DNA of 64,000 nt from a virus. Positions 28,859 to 37,331 of the stretch are shown piece by piece. The notes under the pieces are model-generated. The model saw only the letters and a program-made list of their open reading frames with translations. It was not told the origin of the DNA and made no database searches. The DNA lies in the IMG/VR virus record IMGVR_UViG_3300026189_000003, positions 1-64,000 of that record; one strand, 5' to 3'. Position 1 is the first letter of the stretch. Every line of letters begins with the position of its first letter. The translations under genes were made by a program, and so were the position numbers.

Positions 28859-29450
28859 CTGTTATCTCACTGTAGGCGTAATCGTTGTAAATTCTTTTTG
28901 TATATACACAATGATCACTTTGTTCTGTACTATATGAAATAGTAACTTTCTCTTGTAACAATAATTGTAGTGTTGGTATTTTACAATAGCTTATTAAGTT
29001 GTGCGGATCATTGTCGTAGCATAGCACAAAGTCTAATACCTTTGCTCCTTCAACTTCTATATTTTCAACGGGCGTTGTACTATCAATACCGTATTTCTTA
29101 ATTAGATAATCTTGAAAGTTCTTTTCCATCATAAATGTTATTTTGTTTTCTTTTATACTATTAATTATCCTTATTTCTCCTAGGTCTTTACGCGGTACCT
29201 TATAAAGTCTATCATCTAAAAAATGTAATGCTATATTGGTTCTTTTTAGCTTTAAAGCCCATGAACCGTTTTCAACATCTTTTATGACTGTGTAGTTGGC
29301 TGTGTTTTTACGTCCTTCAATAAACTCTAGTGCTTCAGTATAAGGAATTTCAAACCATGTTTCTCCAAATGCTGGTTTGTTTCTCATTATGCCATTAATG
29401 TCTCGAGATTCTAAATCAAATAATACGTATCTAACTAAATTTTCTTCCAT
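28851..29450 (-). CDS. Hypothetical phage protein
   Basis: Coupled ORF. Confidence 0.75.
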   Translation of the reverse strand: MEENLVRYVLFDLESRDINGIMRNKPAFGETWFEIPYTEALEFIEGRKNTANYTVIKDVENGSWALKLKRTNIALHFLDDRLYKVPRKDLGEIRIINSIKENKITFMMEKNFQDYLIKKYGIDSTTPVENIEVEGAKVLDFVLCYDNDPHNLISYCKIPTLQLLLQEKVTISYSTEQSDHCVYTKRIYNDYAYSEITDE

Positions 29451-29863
29451 TATAAATCCTCAAGATCTTGTAGGTGCGTATCTAATGCCTTGACTGCCAC
29501 TTGTAATTCAATAATATATAACGCCAACGAAATTCCAAATGCAACTAAACTTGTTGTGAATGTTGCACCAAAGTGCCAATACTGTTCTCTAAATGCAAAG
29601 TATATAGCTACTAAATTAATAATAAATGCTAAAGCGGCCAAAGTCGATGTAGCACGATTAAGTACCAATCTTTTTCTTAATATACTAATTTGTTTTAGAT
29701 ATCTATTGGTTGCTTTATCTTTACGTGTTAACTTTTTTGCAATAACATCGTCGTGTATTTTTCTAATCAATGTAGCAAGAGTGGTATATCTGTTACCAAA
29801 TGATATCATCATTAATGGTATAGCAGGAAATAAAGCCGCTGGTAATAAAAATATGTTGTCCAT
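29450..29863 (-). CDS. DUF2721-like membrane protein
   Basis: PAALFPAIPLMMISFGNRY..IR..H..QI..LRKR; 3 TM segments. Confidence 0.7.
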   Translation of the reverse strand: MDNIFLLPAALFPAIPLMMISFGNRYTTLATLIRKIHDDVIAKKLTRKDKATNRYLKQISILRKRLVLNRATSTLAALAFIINLVAIYFAFREQYWHFGATFTTSLVAFGISLALYIIELQVAVKALDTHLQDLEDL

Positions 29864-30714
29864 TATAATCCTAACTTTTTTTCTAGTTTAACAATAATCT
29901 CATCAGTTAAAAATTCTTTGTCGTGATAATGAAATGGTAACGTTTGTACGTAGTTACCAACTTTCAATTTACAATCTTTTGAATAATAGTAAGGTAAGAA
30001 GTTTGTCCATTTCTCCGAATACTCTCTGCTGAAACCTTGTGCTCTTGATTTCATATGAACAAAGTTAGGATACGATATATGTTTATTACATATTTCATCT
30101 TCCACACCAAGTATTTTTCCTGCTAAAGCATATACTACATCTGCACTAAGAAAACTTTGTCTAGGTGGTATTAAAAAATCTTCTTTGTATATTTCCCAAT
30201 CTCTAAAAATATTTTCAACTAATTTAAAATATTCAAATGTAAAGTCACTGTTTTTATTAAAATGAAAAAATGCTGTATATACATTTGGTAAATTGTTTGA
30301 TACAAATGTTTGTCTATAATAACTATTGTCTGCTTTTTCATTTCTAAAACTGGAAACATCACAACAAGCAGTTACATCTCTTGCAGAGAAATATTCCCAC
30401 CAGTGACTCACGTCATCTGTAAACAACATATCAGTATCTAAAATAACTGTATGATCGTACGGAGTCATATGATAGTATTTCCATTTATTATGTATTTTCC
30501 AATTTTCTAGTTCTGCATCATCGTTAAAAGGAATATCTATAATATTATCAAATACTGTTTTATATTTGTCAGGTACTATAGTATTTTTATCAACAGCAAT
30601 AGATATTCTTCTAACTTTCTTTTGTGTTTGTGCAATACTCAAAGCTAAGGCATACGCCATTCTTACATAATCATAGTTGCTGTTTTGTGCTATTACCAAG
30701 TAACCTTTTTTCAT
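29863..30714 (-). CDS. GT-A (GT8-like) glycosyltransferase
   Basis: YVRMAYALALSI, TPYDHTVILDTD (DxD), FVHMK. Confidence 0.7.
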   Translation of the reverse strand: MKKGYLVIAQNSNYDYVRMAYALALSIAQTQKKVRRISIAVDKNTIVPDKYKTVFDNIIDIPFNDDAELENWKIHNKWKYYHMTPYDHTVILDTDMLFTDDVSHWWEYFSARDVTACCDVSSFRNEKADNSYYRQTFVSNNLPNVYTAFFHFNKNSDFTFEYFKLVENIFRDWEIYKEDFLIPPRQSFLSADVVYALAGKILGVEDEICNKHISYPNFVHMKSRAQGFSREYSEKWTNFLPYYYSKDCKLKVGNYVQTLPFHYHDKEFLTDEIIVKLEKKLGL

Positions 30715-30715
30715 A

Positions 30716-31252
30716 TTAAAATAAATTCTTTCCAGTTTTCTTTGTTATCCATGACTTTGCACGTTCTAGATATGATTCCCATTGTTCTAATGTAATATCA
30801 TATTCAAAGTTTTGTGTAGTTTCATTTACTTGTAGTTCTTTAGCACCATTCTTTAAATGAAATTTTCTAGCCATATCAGTTAATGGTGACAGTGTAACTA
30901 ATCTTGTTAAGTGTTTAGAAGCACTAACCATTTTATAAACTTCATTTACTATTTCTTTTCCGCCGCCTCTTTTATTCGCCCAAACAGTATATGCAATAGC
31001 AATTGTACCTTGTACTCCTGCTCTATGTATTGCTTGACTATGTGCATCTTTACTGAAAGCATCTAGTTCTTCAACAGAAGTAGGTACTTCATTTGTAAAT
31101 GCAAAACACATGACAGCCGCAATATCTCCTTCGCTATCTTTTAAACCATAAATTTTTCTACCGTAAGTTTTTCTAAATTCTAAATCTAATTCAGGTCTTA
31201 CAGGATCTTGTTTACAATCAATCCAATCTAGTTCAATTAATTCGTAACTCAT
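30716..31252 (-). CDS. GNAT-like fold protein
   Basis: YTVW..RGGGK acetyl-CoA-type loop; ARKFHLKNG. Confidence 0.45.
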   Translation of the reverse strand: MSYELIELDWIDCKQDPVRPELDLEFRKTYGRKIYGLKDSEGDIAAVMCFAFTNEVPTSVEELDAFSKDAHSQAIHRAGVQGTIAIAYTVWANKRGGGKEIVNEVYKMVSASKHLTRLVTLSPLTDMARKFHLKNGAKELQVNETTQNFEYDITLEQWESYLERAKSWITKKTGKNLF

Positions 31253-32130
31253 TTGTTTTGTTCTATTATTCCTTCTGCCATTCTGTTTAGTGCAAATTTA
31301 TTAAGCACATGAATATTTGTGTCTTTAATTTTACAAGCCACATAGTTTCCACGTTGACTTGGTTTTTCTATTAAAAATTTAAAGTGATTTCCATTAGTAC
31401 ATTCTATTAAATCATCAGCACCAATTGAATGTTGTAAAAAAGGTACTGGTAATGATTTTACAAATTTCTCATTTTTCATACCATTCATTATATGTACAGC
31501 AATACTAAATGCATGATCGTTTCTAAAATTAGGAACAACAAAGTCATATAACATTGCATAGTAATTCCAGTTCAGATAAATGTGTTTGATTGTATCAAAG
31601 AATATTTGATTGTCTTCTGTTTTTCTAAAAAATACTGCTGTGGCCCAATAAAAATCAATTGACCTATCATCGAGTCTATTAAACTGTTTATCAATCCTGC
31701 TAGGCATAATATCACGTGATTCATTATTAATTTGTAAATCATATTTTAGTTCCCAGCATTGATCTAAATCATTATTACCAATTAGGTAATCAGCATCTAT
31801 TAATAGAGTTTCATCGTACGGACTTAAATTATATGCTTCGTGTCTATTAATATTATAAAATTTTTCAAGTGTTTTTGAATAACTGGTATCGTAATATCTT
31901 TTAGTATTACTTGTATTTCTTCTTTTTATAACTTTTATATTTTCAATTTTACTATCAACAAAATCTTTATCAAATGTTTTATATAACCAATTGACTGTTC
32001 CGGTATCTGTAATTAGTGTTACATGATTATTTTTCATGTGCTTCTTAATTAAACAGGCATTGGCCAAAGCAATCTTACCATAATCAATGCTACGGTTATT
32101 GTGGGAAAATATTAAATTTCCTCTGCTCAT
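31249..32130 (-). CDS. GT-A (GT8-like) glycosyltransferase
   Basis: SPYDETLLIDAD (DxD), FRNDHAFS, HVLNK; paralog of 29863-30714. Confidence 0.7.
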   Translation of the reverse strand: MSRGNLIFSHNNRSIDYGKIALANACLIKKHMKNNHVTLITDTGTVNWLYKTFDKDFVDSKIENIKVIKRRNTSNTKRYYDTSYSKTLEKFYNINRHEAYNLSPYDETLLIDADYLIGNNDLDQCWELKYDLQINNESRDIMPSRIDKQFNRLDDRSIDFYWATAVFFRKTEDNQIFFDTIKHIYLNWNYYAMLYDFVVPNFRNDHAFSIAVHIMNGMKNEKFVKSLPVPFLQHSIGADDLIECTNGNHFKFLIEKPSQRGNYVACKIKDTNIHVLNKFALNRMAEGIIEQNK

Positions 32131-32132
32131 TT

Positions 32133-32480
32133 TTATTCTACCAGTTTACTAACTTTTCTTTTTGTGCTTAATTCTTGATATTGTCTATGATAATCATTTA
32201 CTGATTCCATCCATCTAGTAGTAATATCTTCATAGAACTGTTGTAGATTTTCAATATCAATGGGTGTTTGATTTGCATCTAGGATAACCATTGCTTGTTT
32301 ATCCTCTTTTAAAAAGTTGCCAACAAAAGCAATTAATGTTTGGTCAATCCTAAATAATCCACCATTATATGCAAAGTTTAATCTTGCTTCACATCTTTCT
32401 TTTAATTGTTTTTGTTGCACAGATAGAGTTGATCTGTAATTAGCGAACTCTAGTGCTTTTTCTAGTCTTATGTCGGTCAT
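32133..32480 (-). CDS. Conserved hypothetical protein
   Basis: Start MTDIRLEK after SD GGAGG. Confidence 0.75.
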   Translation of the reverse strand: MTDIRLEKALEFANYRSTLSVQQKQLKERCEARLNFAYNGGLFRIDQTLIAFVGNFLKEDKQAMVILDANQTPIDIENLQQFYEDITTRWMESVNDYHRQYQELSTKRKVSKLVE

Positions 32481-32505
32481 AAAAAAACCCTCCAATGTTA
32501 TAGTT

Positions 32506-32534
32506 AATATAACATCAAAGGGTTAATTTGTCAA
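32506..32534 (-). promoter_or_regulatory. sigma70-type promoter upstream of the glycosyltransferase block
   Basis: Minus strand TTGACA-17-TATATT with TG extension. Confidence 0.7.
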
Positions 32535-32556
32535 TTAATTAATTAATCAATTAATC

Positions 32557-33462
32557 TTATAAGTTTGTCGTAGTAGCAAATGATGGTGAAGCTACTTGTA
32601 CAGCTGAGGCATTATCTGCCTTATCAAACGTAATAGTTGATGATAAAGTACCATCTACTGAGTCTGATCCTGTGTAAGCCTGACCTTCATTTGGTGCATT
32701 ACCTAAACCACCACCTGTAAAAGTACCAGTTTCTGCAACGTGATCATCATTGAAATCAACTTCCATTGTAATCACTGCACCTGACATTTTAGCATTGATG
32801 TTTACGTCATTAGCTGAATAATCACCTGAACCAACAGCTGAGTTGAAAATTGCTTGATCTGAACCAGTCAAGTTTTCAAAGCCTACTGACCCTGATGAAC
32901 CTGAGGCTGTGTTAGCAAAAGTAACTGTACCTACACCTGACAATAAGTTTGTCCATGATGTATTTTGGTCTGTTGATGAACCACCTGATCTACTAAAAGC
33001 AAACTTGATTTTTCCACCTGAGTTGAAAAAGAATCTAGCCGCGTTTGCAGAAGCAAATGTTACTGTGAAAATATGGTTAACATTACTAGTCCATGCACTT
33101 GTTCTTGATGAAGAAGTACCTGCTTGTCCTGTTGACATATTGGCGCCAGCCGCGTTTGCTTTGTTTGTTGTGATTGCTGTGATATCAGCTTCTAAATTTG
33201 ATAATGGTAATATGTTACCACCTGTTGAAACTGTGTTTGATGCGTTTGTTACGCTTGTCCCTTGGTGAGTAGCCGCTTTCTGTAGTCCCGATAATAATGA
33301 ATTCCATTGTGCCGCTGATATTGTATCACCTGCGGAAATCGATGTAATCTCTGTTAAACCGTAACCAGACGTACCACTCCCTGTTCCGATGACAGCGTTG
33401 ACATTTGTTGCGAACGTGTTATAGTCCGATGCTGTAATCGTATCTCCTTGTGTATAAGCCAT
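32557..33462 (-). CDS. Ser/Thr/Gly-rich virion structural (tail fibre-like) protein
   Basis: MAY..GDTITASDYN repeats; ARFFFNSGG; tail context. Confidence 0.7.
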   Translation of the reverse strand: MAYTQGDTITASDYNTFATNVNAVIGTGSGTSGYGLTEITSISAGDTISAAQWNSLLSGLQKAATHQGTSVTNASNTVSTGGNILPLSNLEADITAITTNKANAAGANMSTGQAGTSSSRTSAWTSNVNHIFTVTFASANAARFFFNSGGKIKFAFSRSGGSSTDQNTSWTNLLSGVGTVTFANTASGSSGSVGFENLTGSDQAIFNSAVGSGDYSANDVNINAKMSGAVITMEVDFNDDHVAETGTFTGGGLGNAPNEGQAYTGSDSVDGTLSSTITFDKADNASAVQVASPSFATTTNL

Positions 33463-33463
33463 G

Positions 33464-34768
33464 TTATTTTACTCCTATTGCAATAGTTATTTTTTCGACT
33501 TCTTGTGAAGTTTTATCGACTAAAGCCCGACCAAAAGTCGCTTTCCAGTCATCGTTTTGATTAGCTTTAACAGCCACGCCTGGAACGTCACTGCTGACTA
33601 ATCTATCTCCTTTTGTCACTGGGCCTTTGACTTTACAGTCGACCCTTCCAGAAAAAGCTACAAAAGGATGTGTAGCATCATCTCCTGCTCCATCGTTCAT
33701 TCTAAACGCCGGTTTGTTTGAGATAACACCAAATACTTTTTCATCTGCCCTCTCGGCAGTCTTTGTTATTTCTTCAGCACCACCTAGTGCAACAACTGTA
33801 CCGTAGTCCATTGCCGTATCAGCCGCAAATCTTTCAGCTATGTCGGCGTATTGAGCCGAAGTTGATAGACCGTAAATTGTTGCGTACCTTAAAGTACTTG
33901 AACCTAAGTTAATTGAAGCATTTGACGTAGGCTTTAAGTCACCTGCGTGTGATTGTGCTGTAGTTTTTGTTAAAATCATTATCTTACTTGAATCATAAGT
34001 TGTTGCTGGAGAACTAATATCTCTTATAGCATCTGTTTTTTCTGATAATGGTGCAGTTGCACTAGCATCTAAGAAACCATCTCTAATGTTTACACCTGCT
34101 TGTACTGATTGTGTACCAGCACCTGCTGTTGTAACACTAAAGTTGTTATAGATATCATATTCTAGTGATGCTGAATTTGATAAGTTGGCAGTAGCAGATG
34201 AAATGTTAAATGCGGCCGGTGAATAAACACATAGTACTTGTTCAGCACCTGCGGCGTTTTTACCAATAATTGCAGTTACAGTAACTTCTGTATCTGAATT
34301 AGATGTGTAACCATTTTTTCTTGCTGTTGTGGCCCAACTGTTGTCCGCAGTTTTCAAAACAACTGTTGCTTGTCTTGAATTGTCTGCTGACATGGCTGTT
34401 GATGCCCATGCACTGCCTGAGTATATTTTTAAAGTGTTAGCATTTGTTGTATCTAACCAAATTGTACCTGCTGTAGGTGAACTTGGTGCACTATTTCCAA
34501 CTGATGGAGTTAGTCTGTCCCATGCTGTACTGTCATATACTTTTAAAATTGATTCTGATGTATCATACCATAACTGTCCTGTTAATGGTGATGATGGGTT
34601 CGATGTATTTGCTTGATTTTCTAGTAGTCTTACGAAATCCTCAGCAATTAGCTCACCGTAACCTGTATAGTTTTTTCCGATCAGTGTTAATCCACCTACA
34701 ACTGATGTTGTACCAGGAGTAACTGTGGTGACCACTGATCCTCTTGTGTTATTAATCGTGTAACTCAT
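33464..34768 (-). CDS. Tail fibre/structural protein with C-terminal chaperone-like domain
   Basis: LIGKNYTGYGE..LLEN, GQLWYD repeats, AQYADIAERF..GTVV..GRVDCKV..KGDRLVSS. Confidence 0.75.
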   Translation of the reverse strand: MSYTINNTRGSVVTTVTPGTTSVVGGLTLIGKNYTGYGELIAEDFVRLLENQANTSNPSSPLTGQLWYDTSESILKVYDSTAWDRLTPSVGNSAPSSPTAGTIWLDTTNANTLKIYSGSAWASTAMSADNSRQATVVLKTADNSWATTARKNGYTSNSDTEVTVTAIIGKNAAGAEQVLCVYSPAAFNISSATANLSNSASLEYDIYNNFSVTTAGAGTQSVQAGVNIRDGFLDASATAPLSEKTDAIRDISSPATTYDSSKIMILTKTTAQSHAGDLKPTSNASINLGSSTLRYATIYGLSTSAQYADIAERFAADTAMDYGTVVALGGAEEITKTAERADEKVFGVISNKPAFRMNDGAGDDATHPFVAFSGRVDCKVKGPVTKGDRLVSSDVPGVAVKANQNDDWKATFGRALVDKTSQEVEKITIAIGVK

Positions 34769-34786
34769 ATGTGGTTGCTCCTTGCG

Positions 34787-34794
34787 TATTTATA
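34787..34794 (-). promoter_or_regulatory. T4-type late promoter TATAAATA
   Basis: Exact motif upstream of SD AAGGAG and ATG 34768. Confidence 0.75.
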
Positions 34795-34837
34795 TATTTT
34801 ACTTTATATACTACTATTTTGGTATTAAAATCAGTCA

Positions 34838-35488
34838 TTATTGCATCTGTATCCTAATAGTGTATACTATTTCTATTTGTCTATTTGTACTCTTCTGTAC
34901 CGGGTGAAAAATAACGTGCGACAACAATAAACTATTTGTGATATCTAATGTGCCTGACGCTGTATCTTGGTAATATGCATATAAACCAAGTTCGTCAAAA
35001 ACATAGTTAGTATCAGTGGTAGCATTGTCGTTCGCATCTTGCCCTGATGGTTCACCAAAATCTAAAGTACAAGTTACTTTTACGTCAGTATAAGCACCTG
35101 TTGAGCTCACGATTTCAATGTTATTATTAGCATCTCCAAGAGCAACTGAACTAGATGATCCTGGTTTTGCTACAACTTTGTTATAAGTTCTGTTATATAA
35201 ATCAGCTGAATTATCTTTGCTTGATCCAGTATTTGTTGTTTTATACTTGATAGCACCTGTTGATAATACATCAGAACCCCCATTACCAAATCCCATATGG
35301 TAGATACCTGAATCATTCAATGTATGATGACTCAAAGCAGAAGCTATGACAAAAGCCATATTGCCAAAATGTATAGCATTCTTTTTATCTACTAGTACTT
35401 CGCCTGTTTTCTTGTCAGTGATTAACACATGACCTTCCATATGGACGTTTCCTGTATCGTTTGGTTTGTTATTTTGTTTTGTTGTCAT
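34838..35488 (-). CDS. Virion structural protein (baseplate-associated)
   Basis: KKNAIHFGN, LDFGEP, FDELGL, HVIFHPVQKS; structural context. Confidence 0.7.
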   Translation of the reverse strand: MTTKQNNKPNDTGNVHMEGHVLITDKKTGEVLVDKKNAIHFGNMAFVIASALSHHTLNDSGIYHMGFGNGGSDVLSTGAIKYKTTNTGSSKDNSADLYNRTYNKVVAKPGSSSSVALGDANNNIEIVSSTGAYTDVKVTCTLDFGEPSGQDANDNATTDTNYVFDELGLYAYYQDTASGTLDITNSLLLSHVIFHPVQKSTNRQIEIVYTIRIQMQ

Positions 35489-35553
35489 TTTAGTTATAAT
35501 ACCTTATATTATATTTATTGTCAAGTTAAACATGGGTTTTATAATTCTTATCC

Positions 35554-37299
35554 TTATGTTACAGTCGCATTCTGACGAGCTAATAGCACCCAACCAGTAG
35601 ATTGATAAAGAAGTTGAACTGTATCTTCAACATTGTTGAATACTATATTTGTTCCATTTACAAAGTTAGTTGGAGTAACAGTACCGTTACCACCATTCAC
35701 TTTCATTGAAATTATTTTAAGTTGTCCTTCTACACCATCTGCCAATGTATAAGCATCTGTGCCCGTTGTTGTTAATAATGTGACTGTTTCTGTTAAACTT
35801 ATTGCACCTGGACCACTAATATTTTGCACACCATAAACTAGGCCATTGCTTTTTAGAGTTCCTGGAACATCTACTGCACCTGACTTGTCAATAGTAAGTT
35901 GTGTGTTTATTGATCCTGCGTTAGTTCCTTTTACAATAAACTTACTTGAATTGTCTGCTCCATCTCTTACAAAACCTACGTAACCTAAACTTTGTGAGCT
36001 AGAACTATCAGTTAGTTTAAAGTCAACTACCGGACCAAAGTTATCACTTGATGCGGCTGAACTTTTAGCTTCAAGAACTATTGCTGAGTAATCAGTATTG
36101 ACAGCACTTGAAACAGTTCTTTGGAATCTTGCTACTGAACCATAAGTTGCAACATTTGCCTTCATTGGTCCACCTACATCAAATTGTGTATCAACTGTCA
36201 GTGTTCCAATTGTTGCGTTTGTAGAACCAAATGTGGTTATACCAGTAATATTTTTAGCATTACCTGTTATGTTAGTTGCTAAAGTGCTTTTGGCAAAAAC
36301 ATTAGTACTGTCGGTAAAAGTTGTTAGCGGAATAGTTGTTGCTAGTTCTGTTGTTCCAATTGAACCAGCTGTGATTGGTGTTGCTGAATTGACCCAAGCA
36401 CTACCGTTCCATTTTAAAACTTGATTGGCGGCCGCTGACGTAATTGTTACATCACTTAATTGACCAACTGTGTTTGAACTAATATCAGTTGAGTTGGTGT
36501 CTGAAGCTACTACCCAAGCACTACCATTATATTTCAAAATTGAATTAGTTGCTACTCCTGATGTGTTAACATCTGATAATGTATTAATTGATGAAGCGGC
36601 AATTCTAGTATCTGCTCTAGCATCTGCCCTTGCATTTGTAAAATATAAATTTGAACCTTCTGATAACGCACCTGTGTTATGATTAGAAAGACTCGATACT
36701 GTACCTGTTACTGCACCTGTAAGCCCTGCTACTACGGTGTTAACAGTAAGTACACCTGCGGCAGTCAATGTTAATGTTTCAGAGGCTGAGCCGGCGCTAT
36801 AAGTGTTAATACTAAATTTTCCTGTTGAATCGGCACCATCTCTTTTAAAACCTAAATATCCTAATTCTCCTGTAGCACCATCATCTTCAATTTGAAAACT
36901 AATTGATGATCCAAAGTTATCTCCCATGTTAGTAGATGATTGTCTTTTAGATTTAACTCTTAATGACGAATACATATCGTCACCAGTTAAACCAGTTCTA
37001 ACTAAAATAGTTGAATTAGTAAGGTTAGCATGATTTACTGTAAGAACTCCTGCTGGAGTACTTGTACCTACGGCAACATTTCCTAAATTTGAAATTGTAA
37101 AAGTGTTTGCATTTAGATTAGCGGCTAATGGATTTTTGTATGCACTAGTTTGAACTGCGTCAGCTAATTCTAAAAAGTTTAAGTCTATCTCTTCATGTGT
37201 TAATGGAGAAGCTTTAATTGATATAGATGAGTCAACATTAGCCTTAAGATTACTTACGGAAGTTGTTGTTGCTCTCAGTTTTATATTCGATATTGCCAT
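35554..37299 (-). CDS. Tail fibre-like protein
   Basis: PLTHEEIDLNF N-terminus; duplicated LSDV..LKY/WNGSAWV and DNFG..LGY.GF.RDGAD modules. Confidence 0.7.
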   Translation of the reverse strand: MAISNIKLRATTTSVSNLKANVDSSISIKASPLTHEEIDLNFLELADAVQTSAYKNPLAANLNANTFTISNLGNVAVGTSTPAGVLTVNHANLTNSTILVRTGLTGDDMYSSLRVKSKRQSSTNMGDNFGSSISFQIEDDGATGELGYLGFKRDGADSTGKFSINTYSAGSASETLTLTAAGVLTVNTVVAGLTGAVTGTVSSLSNHNTGALSEGSNLYFTNARADARADTRIAASSINTLSDVNTSGVATNSILKYNGSAWVVASDTNSTDISSNTVGQLSDVTITSAAANQVLKWNGSAWVNSATPITAGSIGTTELATTIPLTTFTDSTNVFAKSTLATNITGNAKNITGITTFGSTNATIGTLTVDTQFDVGGPMKANVATYGSVARFQRTVSSAVNTDYSAIVLEAKSSAASSDNFGPVVDFKLTDSSSSQSLGYVGFVRDGADNSSKFIVKGTNAGSINTQLTIDKSGAVDVPGTLKSNGLVYGVQNISGPGAISLTETVTLLTTTGTDAYTLADGVEGQLKIISMKVNGGNGTVTPTNFVNGTNIVFNNVEDTVQLLYQSTGWVLLARQNATVT

Positions 37300-37331
37300 A
37301 TTAATATTTAATCCTTAAATTATGTACATAT

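Noticed and set aside
32535-32556. AATT tandem repeat
   Set aside because: Short low-complexity AT run, at most an UP element
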